From a bacterium (lineage in GTDB: Bacteria > UBA8248 > JACPRG01 > G963555815): a DNA stretch of 64,000 bases. The stretch is from the NCBI GenBank assembly GCA_965261595.1, contig CBDHDG010000007.1, forward strand, positions 704,001 to 768,000, given 5' to 3'. The notes under the pieces are model-generated. The model was not told the origin of the DNA. It did not search any database and saw nothing but the letters and a program-made list of their open reading frames with translations. The position numbers and the translations under genes are program-made. Within the stretch, counting starts at the first letter, position 1, and each line of letters begins with the position of its first letter. Positions 49,622 through 63,343 of this stretch are shown one piece after another.

Positions 49622-49672
49622 AAGGGTCCGCTGACCCCAAGGGTCCACCGACCCCAAGGGTCAACCGACCAC
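49622..49672. repeat. Three tandem 17-bp hairpin units downstream of dnaK
   Basis: AAGGGTCCGCTGACCCC, AAGGGTCCACCGACCCC, AAGGGTCAACCGACCAC. Confidence 0.85.
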
Positions 49673-49706
49673 CGCTATCGAGCGTGTCTTCAGTTTGAAG
49701 CGGGCC

Positions 49707-51647
49707 TCACTTCTTGTCCGTGTCCTCGAACTCGGCGTCCACGACCTCGCCTTCGACATCCGGTTCACTCGCGCTTTTGGCGTCCGCCGGGCCCGGGCCG
49801 TCGGCCGGGGCGGAGGCGCCGTTGCCGTCCGGGGCCGCGCCGGTCTCGGCGGTCTGCTGGTAGAGGACCTCGGCGAGCTTGTGGCTGGCCGCCATCAACT
49901 CATCCCGGGCCTTTTCGATCGTTTCCTTGTCGTCCCCTTCGAGGGCCTTCTTGGTGTCGGCGATGGCCGACTCCAGCTTGGATACGTCCTCGGCCGGGAT
50001 CTTCTCCTTGTGCTCGCCCAGGTTCTTCTCGGTCTGATAGAGGAGGGAATCGGTCTGGTTGCGGACCTCGATCATATCCCGCTTCTGCTTGTCCTCATCG
50101 GCGTTGGACTGGGCATCTTCCACCATTTGGTCGATCTCCTCGCTACTGAGACCGCTGGAGCTGGTGATGGTGATGGCCTGCTCTTTGCCGGTAGCGTTGT
50201 CTTTGGCGGAGACGTTCACGATGCCGTTGGCGTCGATGTCGAACGTGACCTCCACCTGCGGGATCCCCCGCGGGGCGGGCGGGATGCCCACCAGGTGAAA
50301 CTTGCCGAGGGATCGGTTGTTGGCGGCCATCTTGCGCTCGCCCTGAAGGACGTGGATCTCCACGCTGGTCTGGTTGTCGGCGGCGGTGGAGAAGGTCTGC
50401 GTCTTGCGCGTGGGGATGGTGGTGTTCCGATCGATGAGCGCCGTGCGGACCCCGCCCAGCGTCTCGATGCCCAGGCTGAGGGGCGTCACGTCCAGGAGCA
50501 GGACGTCCTTGACGTCTCCCGCCAGGATCCCGCCCTGAATGGCCGCGCCCACCGCGACCACCTCGTCCGCGTTGACCCCCTTGTGGAGCTCTTGGCCGAA
50601 CAGCTCGGCGACCAGCTCCTGAACCTTGGGGATGCGGGTGGAGCCGCCCACCAGGACCACCTGGTCGATCTGGTCCGGCTGCAAGTCGGCGTCCTTGAGG
50701 GCCCGTTTGCACGGATCGAGCGCCTGCTCCAGAAGATCCATGACCAGTTGCTCGAACTTGGCCCGCGTCAGCTTGAGGTTCAGGTGCTTGGGGCCGGACT
50801 GGTCCGCCGTGACGAACGGCAGGTTGATGTCGGTCTCCTGCGTGCTCGAGAGCTCCACCTTGGCCTTTTCGGCCCCTTCCTTCAAGCGTTGGAGGGCCAT
50901 CGGGTCCTTGCTGAGGTCGATGCCCTGGTCCTTCTTGAACTCATCGACCAGCCATTCAATGATGCGCTGGTCGAGATCGTCCCCGCCCAGGTGGGTGTCG
51001 CCGCTGGTCGCCTTGACCTCGACGATGTTGTCCCCGACCTCCAGGATCGAGATGTCGAACGTCCCCCCGCCGAAGTCGAACACGGCGATGGTCTCGTCCT
51101 TCTTCTTGTCGAGACCATAGGCCAGGGCCGCCGCCGTGGGCTCGTTGATGATCCGCTTCACGTCGAGCCCGGCGATCTTGCCGGCGTCCTTGGTGGCCTG
51201 GCGCTGGCTGTCGTTGAAGTAGGCGGGCACGGTGACGACCGCCTCGGTGACGGGCTGGCCCAGGTAATCCTCGGCCGCGCTCTTGAGCTTCTGGAGGATG
51301 AGGGCCAAGATCTCGGGCGGCGAATTCTCCACGCCCATGATGTCGACGCGGGCGTCCGAGTTGGCGCCGCGAATGACCTTGTAGGGGACCTCCTCGATCT
51401 CGCGGGCGACTTCCTCGTAGCGCCGCCCCATGAAGCGCTTGATGGAGTAAACGGTGTTCGTCGGGTTGGTGATGGCCTGCCGCTTCGCCACCTGCCCCAC
51501 GAGCTTTTCCCCGTCCTTCGTGAACCCGACGACCGAAGGGGTGACGCGGCTCCCCTCGGCGTTGGTGATGACGGTCGGGTCGCCCCCTTCCATCACCGCG
51601 ACGACGGAGTTGGTTGTCCCCAAATCGATGCCGATGACCTTGCCCAT
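49707..51647 (-). CDS. dnaK: Chaperone DnaK
   Basis: [34 protein letters not shown]. Confidence 0.99.
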   Translation of the reverse strand: MGKVIGIDLGTTNSVVAVMEGGDPTVITNAEGSRVTPSVVGFTKDGEKLVGQVAKRQAITNPTNTVYSIKRFMGRRYEEVAREIEEVPYKVIRGANSDARVDIMGVENSPPEILALILQKLKSAAEDYLGQPVTEAVVTVPAYFNDSQRQATKDAGKIAGLDVKRIINEPTAAALAYGLDKKKDETIAVFDFGGGTFDISILEVGDNIVEVKATSGDTHLGGDDLDQRIIEWLVDEFKKDQGIDLSKDPMALQRLKEGAEKAKVELSSTQETDINLPFVTADQSGPKHLNLKLTRAKFEQLVMDLLEQALDPCKRALKDADLQPDQIDQVVLVGGSTRIPKVQELVAELFGQELHKGVNADEVVAVGAAIQGGILAGDVKDVLLLDVTPLSLGIETLGGVRTALIDRNTTIPTRKTQTFSTAADNQTSVEIHVLQGERKMAANNRSLGKFHLVGIPPAPRGIPQVEVTFDIDANGIVNVSAKDNATGKEQAITITSSSGLSSEEIDQMVEDAQSNADEDKQKRDMIEVRNQTDSLLYQTEKNLGEHKEKIPAEDVSKLESAIADTKKALEGDDKETIEKARDELMAASHKLAEVLYQQTAETGAAPDGNGASAPADGPGPADAKSASEPDVEGEVVDAEFEDTDKK

Positions 51648-51734
51648 CTTTTCAATCCTCCTCGGGTTTTGAACGATCCGGTTTTTCTTGAGCCTCGGGA
51701 ATGACGCCCCCGGCGATCCATCCGCCGTCCGCTG

Positions 51735-54392
<2,658 letters not shown>

Positions 54393-54536
54393 ATCGGTTG
54401 TCCCGCCGTCCCCATTTCCGGCCTCATCGGGTGTCTCGCATGGTTTGAAACCGCGGGGCGGAAAACCCTTTGGGTCCGCCCCCGGTTTTTCACCGGAGGG
54501 GGAATATGGGAAATCTCGTTTATATTCGCAGATTGG

Positions 54537-54566
54537 AATTTATAATCTTAGTGTATTAATGTCAAG
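54537..54566 (-). promoter_or_regulatory. Sigma70 promoter of the clpB operon overlapped by a HAIR-like HspR operator
   Basis: Minus strand TTGACA-17 nt-TAAATT in an AT-rich patch; plus strand TCTTAGT-N7-TGTCAAG resembles CTTGAGT-N7-ACTCAAG. Confidence 0.7.
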
Positions 54567-54744
54567 TAATTTGATTGTGTTTAAATAAAAAAATGTTGTT
54601 GTTTTAGGTTTATAGACATTATTTCAATGTGTTACGGGTGTTTTCGTATTTTAAGTACGGGTGCTGAGTTAATGTCCGGCGGGTTCGCTTTCCCGAAATG
54701 TCCGGTGACAAGCTCCGCGGGCGAGCCGAAAACGTCCACCCCGA

Positions 54745-54830
54745 GCGGGAATGACAATCGGGGGGCGTTGGGGAATGACAGCGGGCTGTCAAGGCTCAGA
54801 AGATCGCTTCTCAGGGCGGGAATCACGATG
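54745..54830. repeat. Degenerate CGTC-type REP half-sites (GGGAATGAC x2, GGGAATCAC)
   Basis: Same terminal motif as near 7610-7619, 42577-42584 and 51697-51706. Confidence 0.55.
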
Positions 54831-54975
54831 GATCCTTCGGGGCCGCGTTTCTTCAAGCGCCGATAACCGGGGAAGACTCGGACTTGCGTCCCCTTGACTC
54901 GACCTTGCGGCTTGATAAAACTGGACACGGGGGGAAAATTCACCCGCGACCGAATCCCGAAGGGACGACTCATTC

Positions 54976-55800
54976 ATGAAGAAGCTCGCCGCTCTTTCAT
55001 CTCTCTGCCTCCTGGCCGCGCTCCTTCCCGCGGCCATTCCGGTTTTGGGGTTTCAAAAAATCCGGGGCGGATACCGGGAGGTCGCCGTTCAAAACGGAGG
55101 CGTCATCTCCGGCGTGGTGAGGTGGTCGGGCCCCCGGCCCGCACTTCCGCCCTTTCCGGTCAACCGTGATGAGGGCGTTTGCGATCGGGATGGGTCCGGG
55201 AAAAAGATTTCCCCGCGGCTCGTGATCGGCCCGGGAGGCGGCGTGGCCAACACGGTCGTTTATCTCTCGAAGATCGCCCAAGGGAAGCCGATGGGGCCGC
55301 GCGGCCTCCGGGACGCCGGAAGGTGGGTCATCCGGGGATGTGAATATCGCCCGCACGTCCTCATCGCGCCCGTGGGCGGCTACCTCTGGATGCTCAACGA
55401 AGACCCCGTGCTTCATAACATCCGGATGTTCGGCGCGGCCGCGTACAACCTGCCCATGCCCGAGAAGGGCACGCTGTTCGTCAAGCGGCTTCCCCGGTCG
55501 GGATTGATTACGGTGCGAAGCGACGCCGGCCACGGCTGGATGAGCGGGGTGATCCATGTGACGGAACACCCCTACTTCGCCGTCACCGACGCCGAGGGCA
55601 GGTTCTCCCTCACGGAAGTTCCCCCGGGGACGTACACCGTCATGGCCTGGCACGAGGGCTGGAAGGTCAAGCGCGTCATACGGAGGGGCGGAAAACCGGC
55701 CTTCTACGAATTTGAAAAGCCCGTTTTTCTCTCAACCGATGTGACGCTTCCGGCCGGGGGCGGACAGAAGATCGAATTCAGGTTTTCAGAAAAGCGCTGA
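54976..55800 (+). CDS. Exported carboxypeptidase-regulatory-like domain protein
   Basis: Signal peptide; GG.I.G.V, C.Y.PHV, N.D..LHN, H.WM, HPYFAVTD..G.F.L..VPPG.Y...AWHE. Confidence 0.85.
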   Translation: MKKLAALSSLCLLAALLPAAIPVLGFQKIRGGYREVAVQNGGVISGVVRWSGPRPALPPFPVNRDEGVCDRDGSGKKISPRLVIGPGGGVANTVVYLSKIAQGKPMGPRGLRDAGRWVIRGCEYRPHVLIAPVGGYLWMLNEDPVLHNIRMFGAAAYNLPMPEKGTLFVKRLPRSGLITVRSDAGHGWMSGVIHVTEHPYFAVTDAEGRFSLTEVPPGTYTVMAWHEGWKVKRVIRRGGKPAFYEFEKPVFLSTDVTLPAGGGQKIEFRFSEKR

Positions 55801-55817
55801 ACCGCGTCCGAGCCGTG

Positions 55818-55862
55818 AGGGGGGGGGGGAAGCGCGTCTCATCTCTCCGGCTCCCCCCCCCC
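55818..55862. terminator. G11/C10 stem-loop between convergent genes
   Basis: G run at 55819-55829 can pair with the C run at 55853-55862; no U-tract. Confidence 0.4.
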
Positions 55863-55865
55863 TTC

Positions 55866-56798
55866 TCACCCTCCGGGGCCGACCGCCTTGCGGTGATACG
55901 TCAGGTCGATGTACTTCTCCGCCGAGGGAACGAGCGTCGCCAGATGGCCCATTTCGGCCCTGAGGTCCAGCGCCGCGCCGATGCCCGCAACGTTGAGATC
56001 GGCCCGGGGATAGAGGCCCTCCTCCGGGTCCAGAAGCACCGCCAGCGTCCGCTCCGCGGCCCGCCCCTCGATTCCGCTCTTCTCCGCCAAAAGCTCCAGG
56101 CAGGTGCCCCGGTTGGCCGGATCGAAGCACCACGCCGTGGCCTCGACGTAGGCTCGAATGTACCGGACGAGGGTGTCCACGCTCTCCTTCGCCCAGGTCC
56201 GCCGGGCCGCGCCGCATGTCGCCTGGTAGACGGGCATGATCTCCGACCCCCGGGCCACGACGTGGCAGCCCGCTTCCACGGCTTCGCCCACGAAGGGTTC
56301 GGTCAACAGCGTGCCCGCATGGGTTCCGTCCAGAAGCGACCGGTATCGGCTCTCCCACCCCCCGACCTCGACGAGGTCATACTCGTCCGGGCTGATCCCG
56401 TTCATGCGGAGCATCTTTTCCAGGATGAAGACGAACCCGGTGACCTTCGAGTCCACGGCCAGGGATTTCCCCCGGAAGGACTCGATGTCGGCCGACCCGG
56501 GCGCGCCCACCAAATCCAGAAGACCGCTGTGCAGGCCCATGAAGAGGAAGATGTCCGATCCGCCGGTCAGGCCGAGGGTCCGCCCCTCGACTTCGGCGAT
56601 CACGTCATCGGCCGAGGTGTGGCCGATCTCGAAATCCCCGGCTTCGAGACCGTCGGCCAGAAAGGTGGAGTTCGGGGTGTAGGTGACGTCCACCTCGAGG
56701 CCGTGGCGGGCGAAGCCCCCATGGGAGGCGGCGACGTGGACGGGAAGGTTGTATCCGGCGCCGAACTGGATCAGGCGCAACCGGTTCAAAGGGCTCAT
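55866..56798 (-). CDS. ABC transporter substrate-binding protein (SsuA/NMT1-like)
   Basis: VA...G.FA.HGLEV, GK.LAVD...TG, RAY.EA; no obvious signal peptide. Confidence 0.8.
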   Translation of the reverse strand: MSPLNRLRLIQFGAGYNLPVHVAASHGGFARHGLEVDVTYTPNSTFLADGLEAGDFEIGHTSADDVIAEVEGRTLGLTGGSDIFLFMGLHSGLLDLVGAPGSADIESFRGKSLAVDSKVTGFVFILEKMLRMNGISPDEYDLVEVGGWESRYRSLLDGTHAGTLLTEPFVGEAVEAGCHVVARGSEIMPVYQATCGAARRTWAKESVDTLVRYIRAYVEATAWCFDPANRGTCLELLAEKSGIEGRAAERTLAVLLDPEEGLYPRADLNVAGIGAALDLRAEMGHLATLVPSAEKYIDLTYHRKAVGPGG

Positions 56799-58519
56799 TC
56801 CTTGGGGAGCGGCTTTCCCGCTTTCAGCGCCTTGCCCTTCTTGCCCAGCGCTAGCGATTCCTCCTCCAGGGCCGAGTCGTCCCGCTGCGTGCCGAGCTTG
56901 TAGAGGATGCCGGACGCCTCCTCATAGGCCTCGTACCGGTTCGGGTTCAGGGCGATCGACTGCTTGTACTTCGCGACGGCTTCCTCGGACTGTTTGTTGC
57001 TAGCCAGCGCGCGCGCGCATTCGAAAAAGATGTCCGGGTTGTTGGGCTGGAGCTTCGCCGCCCGCCCGAAGCGCGGCATGGCCTCATCGAAGCGGTTCAG
57101 CTTGACCAGGGCCTTGGCGAGCTCCAACTGGTAATCGAACCGCTGCCCGTCGAGATCGCCCGCCTTCTTGAAGCTCACCGCCGCGGCCCCCCAGTTGCTC
57201 AGCTTGGCCTGGGCCCGTCCCAGGTCGAAGTGGGCCTGGCTGAGGTTGGGGTTGATCTGCGCGGCCCGGGCAAAAAGCTGCACGGCCCCGGCATAGTTCC
57301 CGTCACGGAATGCGGCGAGTCCTTTTCGGTATTCGCCCATGCCGCTCAAGGGTTTCAGGACAAGCTCCCGCTTTTTCCCCTTCTCGAGCGGGAAGTTCTC
57401 GTTCAGCGTCTCGTATCCTTCCTTCTCCACCCGGACGCCGACAAACTTGCCTTCCAGGAGGGCGGGCACTCGGTCGAACAAAACGCCGCCGTCGCTCTTG
57501 GACCGCTTTCGGGGCGTCCGTTTGTCGGTGTTCAGGGTGACGATCGCTCCCTCGATCTCCTTGCCCTTGGGATCGACGATCCTCGCCCGGATCACCATGA
57601 ACGCCCGCTGGAGGCGGATCTCGAACGGCTCCATGGTGGCGGTCAGTCTTTCTGTCCGGACGAATTCCCGGTAACCCCGCATCTTGATCCGGAGCTTGAC
57701 TTCCTTATTGATGTTGGACTTCAGGGGTTTGAGGAGGAACCGGCCTTCGGATTGGCTCCTCTCGCTCACCACCGGGGTGGTTTCGAGCAGCACCTGCGCC
57801 CCCTTCAGCCACTTGTCGGATTCCGAATCGCGAATCCGCCCTTTCAAGGGAAACCAGTCCCGCTTCGGCTCCAACCCGATTCGGAGCGCGCCGGTGGACT
57901 CGGCCAGGGCGACCTGAGACTTGGTGTACGGCTCGTACTCGCCTTCCTTGGTCACCCGAAGGGTGGGCGCCTTGCCCTCGTCCATGCCCCGGATCGTAAA
58001 GCGGAATGTCCCGTTGGCGTCCGTCGTCGTGTACCGCAGGGGGGCGAGGTTCAACTCGACGGTCGCCCCTTGGATTCGCTTGCTGGTGTTCCCTTTCTCG
58101 AACACGTCTCCGCTCAGGACGAACTTCTTCGCCGCCTGGGCGGGATCGAATGTGCCCGACGCGACGCCCGCGGCCCCGGCCACCATCTGGGCGTACTGTT
58201 CTTTGGTGATGAGCTGGTTGGCATAGGCCTCGCAGATCCGCCAGACGATGATGTCGAAATCGGCCGCCTTCGGAGAGACCTGCCGTATCCGCTGCCACTT
58301 GGTCTCCGCCGAGACGCTGCCCTTGACGATGCTGAGGACGCTTTTGAACGAGCCGCTCACGGCGAAGACGCGCTTGGCCTCCTCGCCGGGAGGGTTGCAT
58401 TTAATCTCTTGACCTTTGACTTGCCTTTTGATGGCTTCCTGCTGGGCGGCGCAGCTCGTCAAAAAAAACAATCCCGCCCATGCGAGGATCAGCGCTTTCC
58501 TTGCGGGCATTTTGCACAT
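56795..58519 (-). CDS. Lipoprotein with three carboxypeptidase-regulatory-like beta domains and C-terminal TPRs
   Basis: Lipobox LTSC; three 'G...D....I.GA.V.L...G.F' repeats; TPR pattern 'A..INPN..AHFDLG.A'. Confidence 0.85.
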   Translation of the reverse strand: MCKMPARKALILAWAGLFFLTSCAAQQEAIKRQVKGQEIKCNPPGEEAKRVFAVSGSFKSVLSIVKGSVSAETKWQRIRQVSPKAADFDIIVWRICEAYANQLITKEQYAQMVAGAAGVASGTFDPAQAAKKFVLSGDVFEKGNTSKRIQGATVELNLAPLRYTTTDANGTFRFTIRGMDEGKAPTLRVTKEGEYEPYTKSQVALAESTGALRIGLEPKRDWFPLKGRIRDSESDKWLKGAQVLLETTPVVSERSQSEGRFLLKPLKSNINKEVKLRIKMRGYREFVRTERLTATMEPFEIRLQRAFMVIRARIVDPKGKEIEGAIVTLNTDKRTPRKRSKSDGGVLFDRVPALLEGKFVGVRVEKEGYETLNENFPLEKGKKRELVLKPLSGMGEYRKGLAAFRDGNYAGAVQLFARAAQINPNLSQAHFDLGRAQAKLSNWGAAAVSFKKAGDLDGQRFDYQLELAKALVKLNRFDEAMPRFGRAAKLQPNNPDIFFECARALASNKQSEEAVAKYKQSIALNPNRYEAYEEASGILYKLGTQRDDSALEEESLALGKKGKALKAGKPLPKE

Positions 58520-58767
58520 GGCCGGCGTCCTTTCCGAATTCGGCATGTCCTCGGAATCCGTGCGAGGAGATGAACGCGAATTATACGTCCCGATGGAAAA
58601 CCTCCGCAAGACCCAATCCGGCCGGGACCCGTGGGGATCGAGGCTCCGCCCGCTCCAATTTTCCTTGCGGGCGCCCGCCGGGATTGCTATACATTGACTG
58701 CCGATAAGATGTTGAATGATCTCACTGGATCGATCCGACCTTTACCGCGCGCTCTCTTTTTCAAGCC

Positions 58768-59481
58768 ATGGAATCTATCGGACAAAACCTGGAGCGTGTT
58801 CGGCAACGCATGGCCGATGCCGCGCTGCGGGCCGGCCGGGACCCTTTGTCCCTCAGGCTTGTCGCCGTGACCAAAACCGTGCCCCCCGAGAGGATGCTGG
58901 AGGCGATTTCGTCCGGCGCGGACCTCCTGGGTGAGAACCGCGTCCAGGAGGCGATGGAAAAGGCCCCGGCTGTCCGGCAGGCCCTCGAATCTTCCAATGC
59001 CGGCGCCGCGGCGCCCCGTTGGCATTTGATTGGACACCTTCAACGCAATAAAGTTCGCCATGTGTTCGGCCTGTTCGAGGCCGTCCATTCGGTGGACAGT
59101 CTCCGGCTCATCGAAGCGCTCGAAACCCGCGCCGCCTCCCGGGACGAGCATATGAGGGTTTTCGTAGAAGTGAACGCCGCGGGCGAGGAGGGGAAGAACG
59201 GCTGCCGGCCCGAAGAAGCCGAGGGCCTGGCCGCCGCCGTGGAGCGCAGTCCTCATCTCACCCTGGAGGGGCTCATGACGATGCCTCCTTTCACCCGGGA
59301 CCCGGAGGACAGCCGTCCGTGGTTCCGGAAGCTCAGAGAGCTGCGGGACAGGCTTGCGGACGCCGGACGCGGCGGGCTTCGGGAATTATCCATGGGCATG
59401 ACGGCCGATTTCGAGGTTGCCATTGAAGAGGGCGCCACGGTGGTCCGCGTGGGGTCCGCGATTTTCGGACCGAGAACTTGA
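58768..59481 (+). CDS. yggS: PLP homeostasis protein
   Basis: LVAVTK, GENRVQE, WHLIGHLQRNKV, LSMGM..DF..AIEEGAT.VRVG. Confidence 0.97.
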   Translation: MESIGQNLERVRQRMADAALRAGRDPLSLRLVAVTKTVPPERMLEAISSGADLLGENRVQEAMEKAPAVRQALESSNAGAAAPRWHLIGHLQRNKVRHVFGLFEAVHSVDSLRLIEALETRAASRDEHMRVFVEVNAAGEEGKNGCRPEEAEGLAAAVERSPHLTLEGLMTMPPFTRDPEDSRPWFRKLRELRDRLADAGRGGLRELSMGMTADFEVAIEEGATVVRVGSAIFGPRT

Positions 59482-59513
59482 ATCGTCGAAAGGCGGAGGG
59501 GGGGAAAGCCTCC

Positions 59514-60374
59514 ATGGCCAAAACGCAAAGAACCCGGAAAACCGGCCGCTCCGGCGCGCTGAAGACGGCCGGCATCGCGTTCATCGGGGGGGGGAACATG
59601 GCGGAGGCCCTGATCCGGGGTCTCCTGGAAGCCGGCATCGCCAAGGCGGGGTCCATCTGCGTCTCGGACGTGGCGGCCGGGCGGCTGACGCACCTCCGGG
59701 ATCGATACCGCGTCCGGACAACATCCGATAACGCCGAAGCCGCCGCGCGGGCGGACATCGTTTTCCTCGCGGTCAAGCCCCAGAACATGGAAGAGGCCCT
59801 GGAAGCCGTCGCGCCCGGCCTGAAAGATTCCTGCCTGGTGGTGAGCATCATGGCGGGCGTCCCGACGGGAAAGATCGAGGAACGGCTCGGCGGAAAGGGG
59901 CGCGTCGTCCGCGTGATGCCGAACGCGGCCGCACTGGTGGGGCGGGGGGCGGCCGGCGTCGCCGGGGGGAAGCGCGCGCGCGGACGGGATGTCGAGACGG
60001 TGGTCGGGTTGCTGGCTTCGGTCGGACGGGCCATCGTGGTGAACGAGGCCCAGATGGACGCCGTGACCGGGCTTTCCGGGAGCGGCCCGGCCTACGCGGC
60101 GGTGGTCATCGAGGCCCTGGCCGACGGGGGCGTCCTCATGGGGCTTCCCCGCGAGACCGCCTTGATGCTCGCGGCGCAGACCGTCGCCGGGACGGCGGCC
60201 ATGATCCTGGAAGCCGGCGAGCGCCCGGGGCGCATCAAAGACCAGGTGGCCTCTCCGGGCGGCACCACCATCGAGGGGCTCGCCGTCCTGGAAGACGGCG
60301 GGCTGAGAAGCGCTCTCATCCGGGCGGTCGAGGCAGCGACGTTGCGGTCCAGAGAGCTGGGAAGAAAGGGGTAG
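59514..60374 (+). CDS. proC: Pyrroline-5-carboxylate reductase
   Basis: FIGGGNMAEA, AVKPQ, RVMPN, SGSGPAY, SPGGTT. Confidence 0.97.
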   Translation: MAKTQRTRKTGRSGALKTAGIAFIGGGNMAEALIRGLLEAGIAKAGSICVSDVAAGRLTHLRDRYRVRTTSDNAEAAARADIVFLAVKPQNMEEALEAVAPGLKDSCLVVSIMAGVPTGKIEERLGGKGRVVRVMPNAAALVGRGAAGVAGGKRARGRDVETVVGLLASVGRAIVVNEAQMDAVTGLSGSGPAYAAVVIEALADGGVLMGLPRETALMLAAQTVAGTAAMILEAGERPGRIKDQVASPGGTTIEGLAVLEDGGLRSALIRAVEAATLRSRELGRKG

Positions 60375-60383
60375 GGGAAAGGT

Positions 60384-60704
60384 ATGTTTGTCCTGGGCAA
60401 TCTTCTGGGGGCCGTCGCCTTCATCCTTGATTGGATTCTCAACATCTTTCTCTGGATGGTCATCATCCGGGTCATCCTCTCGTGGGTCGGGGACCTCCCG
60501 TCGAATGACCAAGTCCGAATCCTCATGCAGACCGTCGCCGAAATCCTGGACCGCTTTACGGAACCGGTCCTGGCCCCCATCCGTTACAAGATGCCGCCCG
60601 GTCTGGGCCTGGACATCTCCCCCATTGTGGTGATGTTGGCCGTTTATTTCCTGCAAATATTTGTGGTGAGATCATTGCAACAAATGGCGGCGAGCCTACA
60701 ATAG
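60384..60704 (+). CDS. yggT: YggT family membrane protein
   Basis: ILSWV, TEPVLAPIR, GLDISPIV. Confidence 0.93.
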   Translation: MFVLGNLLGAVAFILDWILNIFLWMVIIRVILSWVGDLPSNDQVRILMQTVAEILDRFTEPVLAPIRYKMPPGLGLDISPIVVMLAVYFLQIFVVRSLQQMAASLQ

Positions 60705-60770
60705 GAGATGGAGTGGACGGCGTCCGCCGAGCGGCGGTCCGGCCGGATTCCGAGGCAAGGAGGCAGATGG

Positions 60771-61421
60771 ATGAAAATCGCCCCCATCGACATACGCCAG
60801 CAGCGATTTTCAGTCAAATTCCGGGGCTTCGATCCCCGGGAAGTGGACACCTTCCTGGAAATGGTGGCCGATGAGCTGGAAGACATGGTGCGGGAAAACG
60901 ACCGGTTAAAAGAACGGCAAAAGAAGCTGGAGATGCAAGTCGAAGAGCTGGGCGTGAACGAGGCCGGCGTCAGAAAAACCCTCCTCGCCGCCCAAACGCT
61001 CAGAGAAGACATTTCGGTCAACGCCAAGAAGGAAGCGGAGTTGATCATCCGCGACGCGCGCTCCAAGGGCAGTGAGATCATCGGGTCCATGAAGGAAGCC
61101 GCCTCCGGGGCCCGGGAGGATCTGGCCGCCCTGGCGCGCAGGAAGAAACAACTGATGCTGAACATGCGCTCGATGATGGAGACGCATCTGCGCATGCTGG
61201 AGGCGGAAGAGAGGAACGATGTTTCGGTCAACGAAGCACACCCCTCAATCGGGGCCGGCCCCGGCGCCTCCGAAAATCCACCCCCGGGGAAGCCCCGAAA
61301 GGTGGAGGGTCGTGAGGCGGGTTCTTCCTCGCCGCTGAAAGCCGAACAGGCGCTGGGGCCGTCGGGTCCCGAGGCTTCCCTCTCCATGTTCCTCCAGAGC
61401 GACCACCGAGCGGACGACTGA
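60771..61421 (+). CDS. divIVA: DivIVA domain protein
   Basis: P.DI.QQ.F...FRGFD..EVD.FL followed by a coiled coil. Confidence 0.9.
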   Translation: MKIAPIDIRQQRFSVKFRGFDPREVDTFLEMVADELEDMVRENDRLKERQKKLEMQVEELGVNEAGVRKTLLAAQTLREDISVNAKKEAELIIRDARSKGSEIIGSMKEAASGAREDLAALARRKKQLMLNMRSMMETHLRMLEAEERNDVSVNEAHPSIGAGPGASENPPPGKPRKVEGREAGSSSPLKAEQALGPSGPEASLSMFLQSDHRADD

Positions 61422-61422
61422 G

Positions 61423-61734
61423 ATGTCCCGCGCGGACGTCTCGCCGTCGTTCCTCCAGGAGACGCCGGACGGCGCCATCCTCCTCAGGGTCCGGGTCCAT
61501 CCCAGGGCCTCGAAGGTGTGCGTGGGGCCGGCCGGGGAGGGTGTTCTTCCCGTCCGTCTGACCGCGCCGCCGGTCGACAACGCCGCCAACCGACAGTGCA
61601 TCCGGGCCCTCGCCGACGCCCTGGGGGTTCGGCCCCGACAGCTCGCCATTGTCTCCGGCTACAAAAGCCGTGAGAAGCGGGTCCGGGTGGAAGGCGTCGA
61701 CGCGCGCCGGATTCGAGAAGCGCTGAAGATTTGA
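61423..61734 (+). CDS. yggU: DUF167 (YggU) family protein
   Basis: VRV.PRAS, LTAPPVD.AAN, IVSG.KSREK. Confidence 0.92.
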   Translation: MSRADVSPSFLQETPDGAILLRVRVHPRASKVCVGPAGEGVLPVRLTAPPVDNAANRQCIRALADALGVRPRQLAIVSGYKSREKRVRVEGVDARRIREALKI

Positions 61735-61757
61735 TTTTTTTGATTTGAATCCTTGAG

Positions 61758-62028
61758 CCCGCGATTTTCGCCAGGAAGGACGGTTCAGGGGTGTCCATTC
61801 GAGAAATTCTTTGAAGATCAACTGATTGTCCGAAAGATGGAAACCGAGGCGAGTGGAATACCCTGTCCTTGAGGGGCGGGTACAGAGCCCCGCCCCTACA
61901 TTTCAGAGCCCCTACCATCGAATCCGGTGTAGGGGCGGGGCTCTGCACCCGCCATCGATCCGCTGGCCAACAATCCAATGACCGATTCCTACACGGGCCT
62001 GTAATGGAATCGTTGTGAGAAATCCAGG
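61758..62028. mobile_element. MITE with IS1380-like ends and a GTAG REP pair (copy D)
   Basis: CCCGCGATTTTCGCCAGGAAGGACGGTTCAG ... CGTTGTGAGAAATCCAGG; internal GGCGGGTACAGAGCCCCGCCCCTACA / TGTAGGGGCGGGGCTCTGCACCCGCC. Confidence 0.75.
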
Positions 62029-62042
62029 GTGGAGGCTACGGA

Positions 62043-63083
62043 ATGGTCCAAACCATCGCGTTTGAAGACGGGGCGCTCGTTCTCATCGACCAGCGCAAGC
62101 TGCCGTTGGAGGAAACTTACGTCCGCTGCACGAGCCACTTGGAGACGGCCGAGGCCATCCGAAGCATGGTCGTCCGCGGCGCGCCGGCCATCGGTGTGAC
62201 CGCCGCGTTCGGCATGGCCCTGGCCGCACGGGAAATACAAGGATCGGACGCCCCCGGGTTTTTCCAACACCTGGAATCCGCCGGGAAGACCCTCGGGGAA
62301 ACCCGCCCCACGGCGGTCAACCTGTTCTGGGCCATCAAGCGCTGTCTGGACTCCGCCCGCGCGGCGTCGGCCGAAGGCCGGACGCCCTTACAGATCGCCG
62401 AAGGTCTGCTTCAACTGGCCCATCGAATGCATGCTGAAGACATCGCCATGAACCGCCGGATGGGCGATCACGGCGCGGCGCTTCTCCCAGAGAGCGCACG
62501 GGTCCTGACCCACTGCAACGCGGGCGCGTTGGCCACGGCCGGATACGGAACGGCGGCAGGCGTCATCCGCTCGGCCCACGCCCGAAACAAAATTGCGGAA
62601 GTCCTCGTGGACGAGACCCGGCCCTTCCTGCAGGGGGCGAGGCTGACGGCCTGGGAGCTTCACCGGGAAGGCATCCCCGTGACGCTGATCTCGGATAACA
62701 TGGCCGGCCATTGCATGAACCGGGGCAAGGTGGACTGCGTGGTGGTGGGCGCCGACCGCATCGCCCGCAACGGCGACGTGGCCAACAAGATCGGCACGTA
62801 CTCCCTGGCCGTTCTGGCCCGGGAGAACGGCGTCACCTTTTATGTGGCCGCGCCGACCTCGACCATCGACTTCTCGCTGGATTCCGGCGAGGGCATCCCC
62901 ATCGAGGAGCGCAGCCCCGATGAGGTCACGCACTTCGCGGGCCGGCGTGTCGCGCCCGAAGGCATCGGCGTCTTCAACCCGGCCTTCGATGTCACCCCCG
63001 CCCGGCTGGTGGACGCAATCATCACGGAACAAGGCATCGTCCGCCCCGCCAAAGGCGAGACACCGGAAATCTGGATGTCATAG
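62043..63083 (+). CDS. mtnA: S-methyl-5-thioribose-1-phosphate isomerase
   Basis: [48 protein letters not shown]. Confidence 0.97.
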   Translation: MVQTIAFEDGALVLIDQRKLPLEETYVRCTSHLETAEAIRSMVVRGAPAIGVTAAFGMALAAREIQGSDAPGFFQHLESAGKTLGETRPTAVNLFWAIKRCLDSARAASAEGRTPLQIAEGLLQLAHRMHAEDIAMNRRMGDHGAALLPESARVLTHCNAGALATAGYGTAAGVIRSAHARNKIAEVLVDETRPFLQGARLTAWELHREGIPVTLISDNMAGHCMNRGKVDCVVVGADRIARNGDVANKIGTYSLAVLARENGVTFYVAAPTSTIDFSLDSGEGIPIEERSPDEVTHFAGRRVAPEGIGVFNPAFDVTPARLVDAIITEQGIVRPAKGETPEIWMS

Positions 63084-63102
63084 AGTCAAGGGCTAAGACC
63101 TT

Positions 63103-63343
63103 GGGGGACATTTTGAAAACTGTCCCCCAATACCCCCTCGAAAACTTTCATGAGGCGCAAGAGGGCCGCCCTTACTGGGCGGCCCTCTTGCGCAAAGAGC
63201 TTGAAATGGCTTCTGGGTCCGCGCCGGAAAATCGAGGTATAAGCATTGAACCCCCATGCACGGGTAAGGCCAAGCCGTAGGCTTGGCCACAGAAAGTTTT
63301 GCTGGGGGGTGGTGGGGGGGGCGCTTTACAAAAAGCGCCCCCC
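63103..63343. repeat. Two oppositely oriented hairpin repeats between convergent genes
   Basis: GGGGGACATTTTGAAAACTGTCCCCC...CCCCCTCGAAAACTTT (inverse of 29652-29697) and GGCCAAGCCGTAGGCTTGGCC...AAAGTTTT...GGGGGGCGCTTTACAAAAAGCGCCCCCC. Confidence 0.75.

Noticed and set aside
49622..49672. Possible mini-CRISPR
   Set aside because: 17-bp units are directly adjacent with no unique spacers.
54503..54518. ATATGGGAAATCTCG resembling an IS1380 end upstream of clpB (similar motif near 12224)
   Set aside because: Single short match with no partner repeat or transposase remnant.
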